Of a DNA stretch of 64,000 nucleotides, positions 63,103-64,000 are shown in pieces; the first letter of the stretch is position 1, and each line of letters opens with the position of its first letter. A program made the position numbers and the translations under genes. The DNA is from Candidatus Moanibacter sp. (GTDB lineage Bacteria; Verrucomicrobiota; Verrucomicrobiia; Opitutales; UBA2987), in assembly GCA_965215885.1 (NCBI GenBank), contig CBDCEW010000105.1, positions 256,001-320,000 on the forward strand, written 5' to 3'. The notes beneath the pieces were generated by a model. The model was not told the DNA's origin and ran no database searches. It saw only the letters and a program-made list of their open reading frames with translations.

Positions 63103-63345
63103 ATGAACTCATTGCAGCAGTCCAGCTCAGAAGAGTTTGTTGCGTCGCGAATATCCCAAAGCCCGACAGGACGGATCCGGCTCTTGGAGAGTATCCCGGA
63201 GCGGAAGAACATGCAGCGCGCGCTGCACTTTGCCCGCTACGTCGAGGACTGTGTCATCTTCGTCCGAAGCGAGCGGGGAGGGAAACGGGTGATGGAATTT
63301 CCCGTCATTCGGGCTCGTCTTCCCCTGGACCCGATCCTGCCCTGA
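63103..63345 (+). pseudogene. Collapsed intron reverse transcriptase/maturase remnant
   Basis: RT0-like LLESIPERKNMQRAL fused to RT5-like HFARYVEDCVIFVRSERGGKRVME (YADD->YVED). Confidence 0.82.
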
Positions 63346-63486
63346 TCAGCCGAAGCGTCTCCCCGCCACTGATCAGCCGAACCGCCACTTACGGCATGCC
63401 ACGGCGAAGCCCTTCAGGGCGAAGACGGGACCCGTACGAGTGGTGGTGTGGGAGGGGCGCCCCGCGAGGGGCGTCCCTCCCCCGAT

Positions 63487-63963
63487 GGGCGGTTTTCGTT
63501 TGTTTCTGAAGCGAATTGGTTTCGGTCCAAACCATAGTGATGTCTTCTTTTCCGGAAATCGATCATTCAAATACGATAGAAAACACTTCCAATCCTTTGA
63601 CGTAAATCCGACCGGCACAATTTGGAATGACTGCTGCCCCTCGAATTTTATGAGGAAAGTAACCAGCCCTTTTCCAATCGAACTATATGCTTCAAGCTGC
63701 GACCAAGAGTACTCACCCGATCCTGGAAATAGCATTCGAATCGTAATCTTCTCCTCATTCCACAATATCTCTTTCGGAGTAAACATAATCAAAACACCTA
63801 CGGCTAAAAACGAACTCACCATCGCAGCCGTAAGAATCAAATCATCGATGCGGATATTCTTACCTTGGATGTAAGGTAAAAGTCCCGTGAGTATTGCCCA
63901 CAGTACGAAGAAGCCGAAAAATGCCTTTAGAAATGCACGTAGGTAGTTTGGCTTCAGCATCAT
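63487..63963 (-). CDS. Cassette-borne membrane protein; no stop before the attC/intron junction
   Basis: Two TM helices; ATG 7 bp after core GTTGGGC (63971-63977); ORF currently runs to 63373 inside the intron. Confidence 0.7.
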
Positions 63964-64000
63964 GATTTTCGCCCAACGCTCAAGTGGAGGCATGCCGGGC

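Larger units (their letters stand above)
60902..63486 (+). ncRNA. Group IIC-attC intron, degenerate, carrying an IS4 insertion
   Basis: 5' GTGTG after TTGTT; domain V AACCGCCAC.TACGG...CCGTACGAGTGGTGGT (CGC triad); domain VI hairpin ending CCCGAT. Confidence 0.88.

Noticed and set aside
63103..63345. Retron, DGR or defence reverse transcriptase
   Set aside because: Lies within group II intron RNA domains, is mostly deleted, and YADD is mutated
1..64000. CRISPR array, tRNA or rRNA
   Set aside because: No regularly spaced repeat-spacer units or recognisable structural RNA genes; the repeats are dispersed IS/MITE/REP copies

Overview
Bacterial chromosomal window, mostly accessory and visibly decaying DNA. 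The gene and repeat repertoire suggests a PVC-superphylum organism (possibly Verrucomicrobiota); this is a weak inference. Intact catabolic and transport genes include AraC, ABC permeases and a binding protein, two nitrilase-family amidohydrolases, hydantoinase/oxoprolinase A+B, MATE, Nramp, AtoE, a GH3 hexosaminidase and an aldo/keto reductase. Mobile DNA: five co-oriented copies of an IS5-like element (1917 bp, 6-bp TSDs), one complete and one partial copy of an unclassified ~2.95-kb IS with a probable -1 frameshifted Mutator-like transposase, ISL3, a triply nested ISAs1, an IS4/IS231-like element and several MITE/REP families. Main structures not in the ORF track: (i) two minus-strand integron cassette clusters (attC sites at ~31.7-34.0 kb and ~58.4-64 kb, no integrase in the window); (ii) a group IIC-attC intron inserted at the canonical attC position with an internally deleted RT, plus a ~240-nt mini-derivative in the neighbouring attC; (iii) a deiodinase-like gene with an in-frame UGA (probable selenocysteine); (iv) 17-25 bp micro-palindromes that appear to insert into other elements. 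No rRNA, tRNA or CRISPR array was seen.
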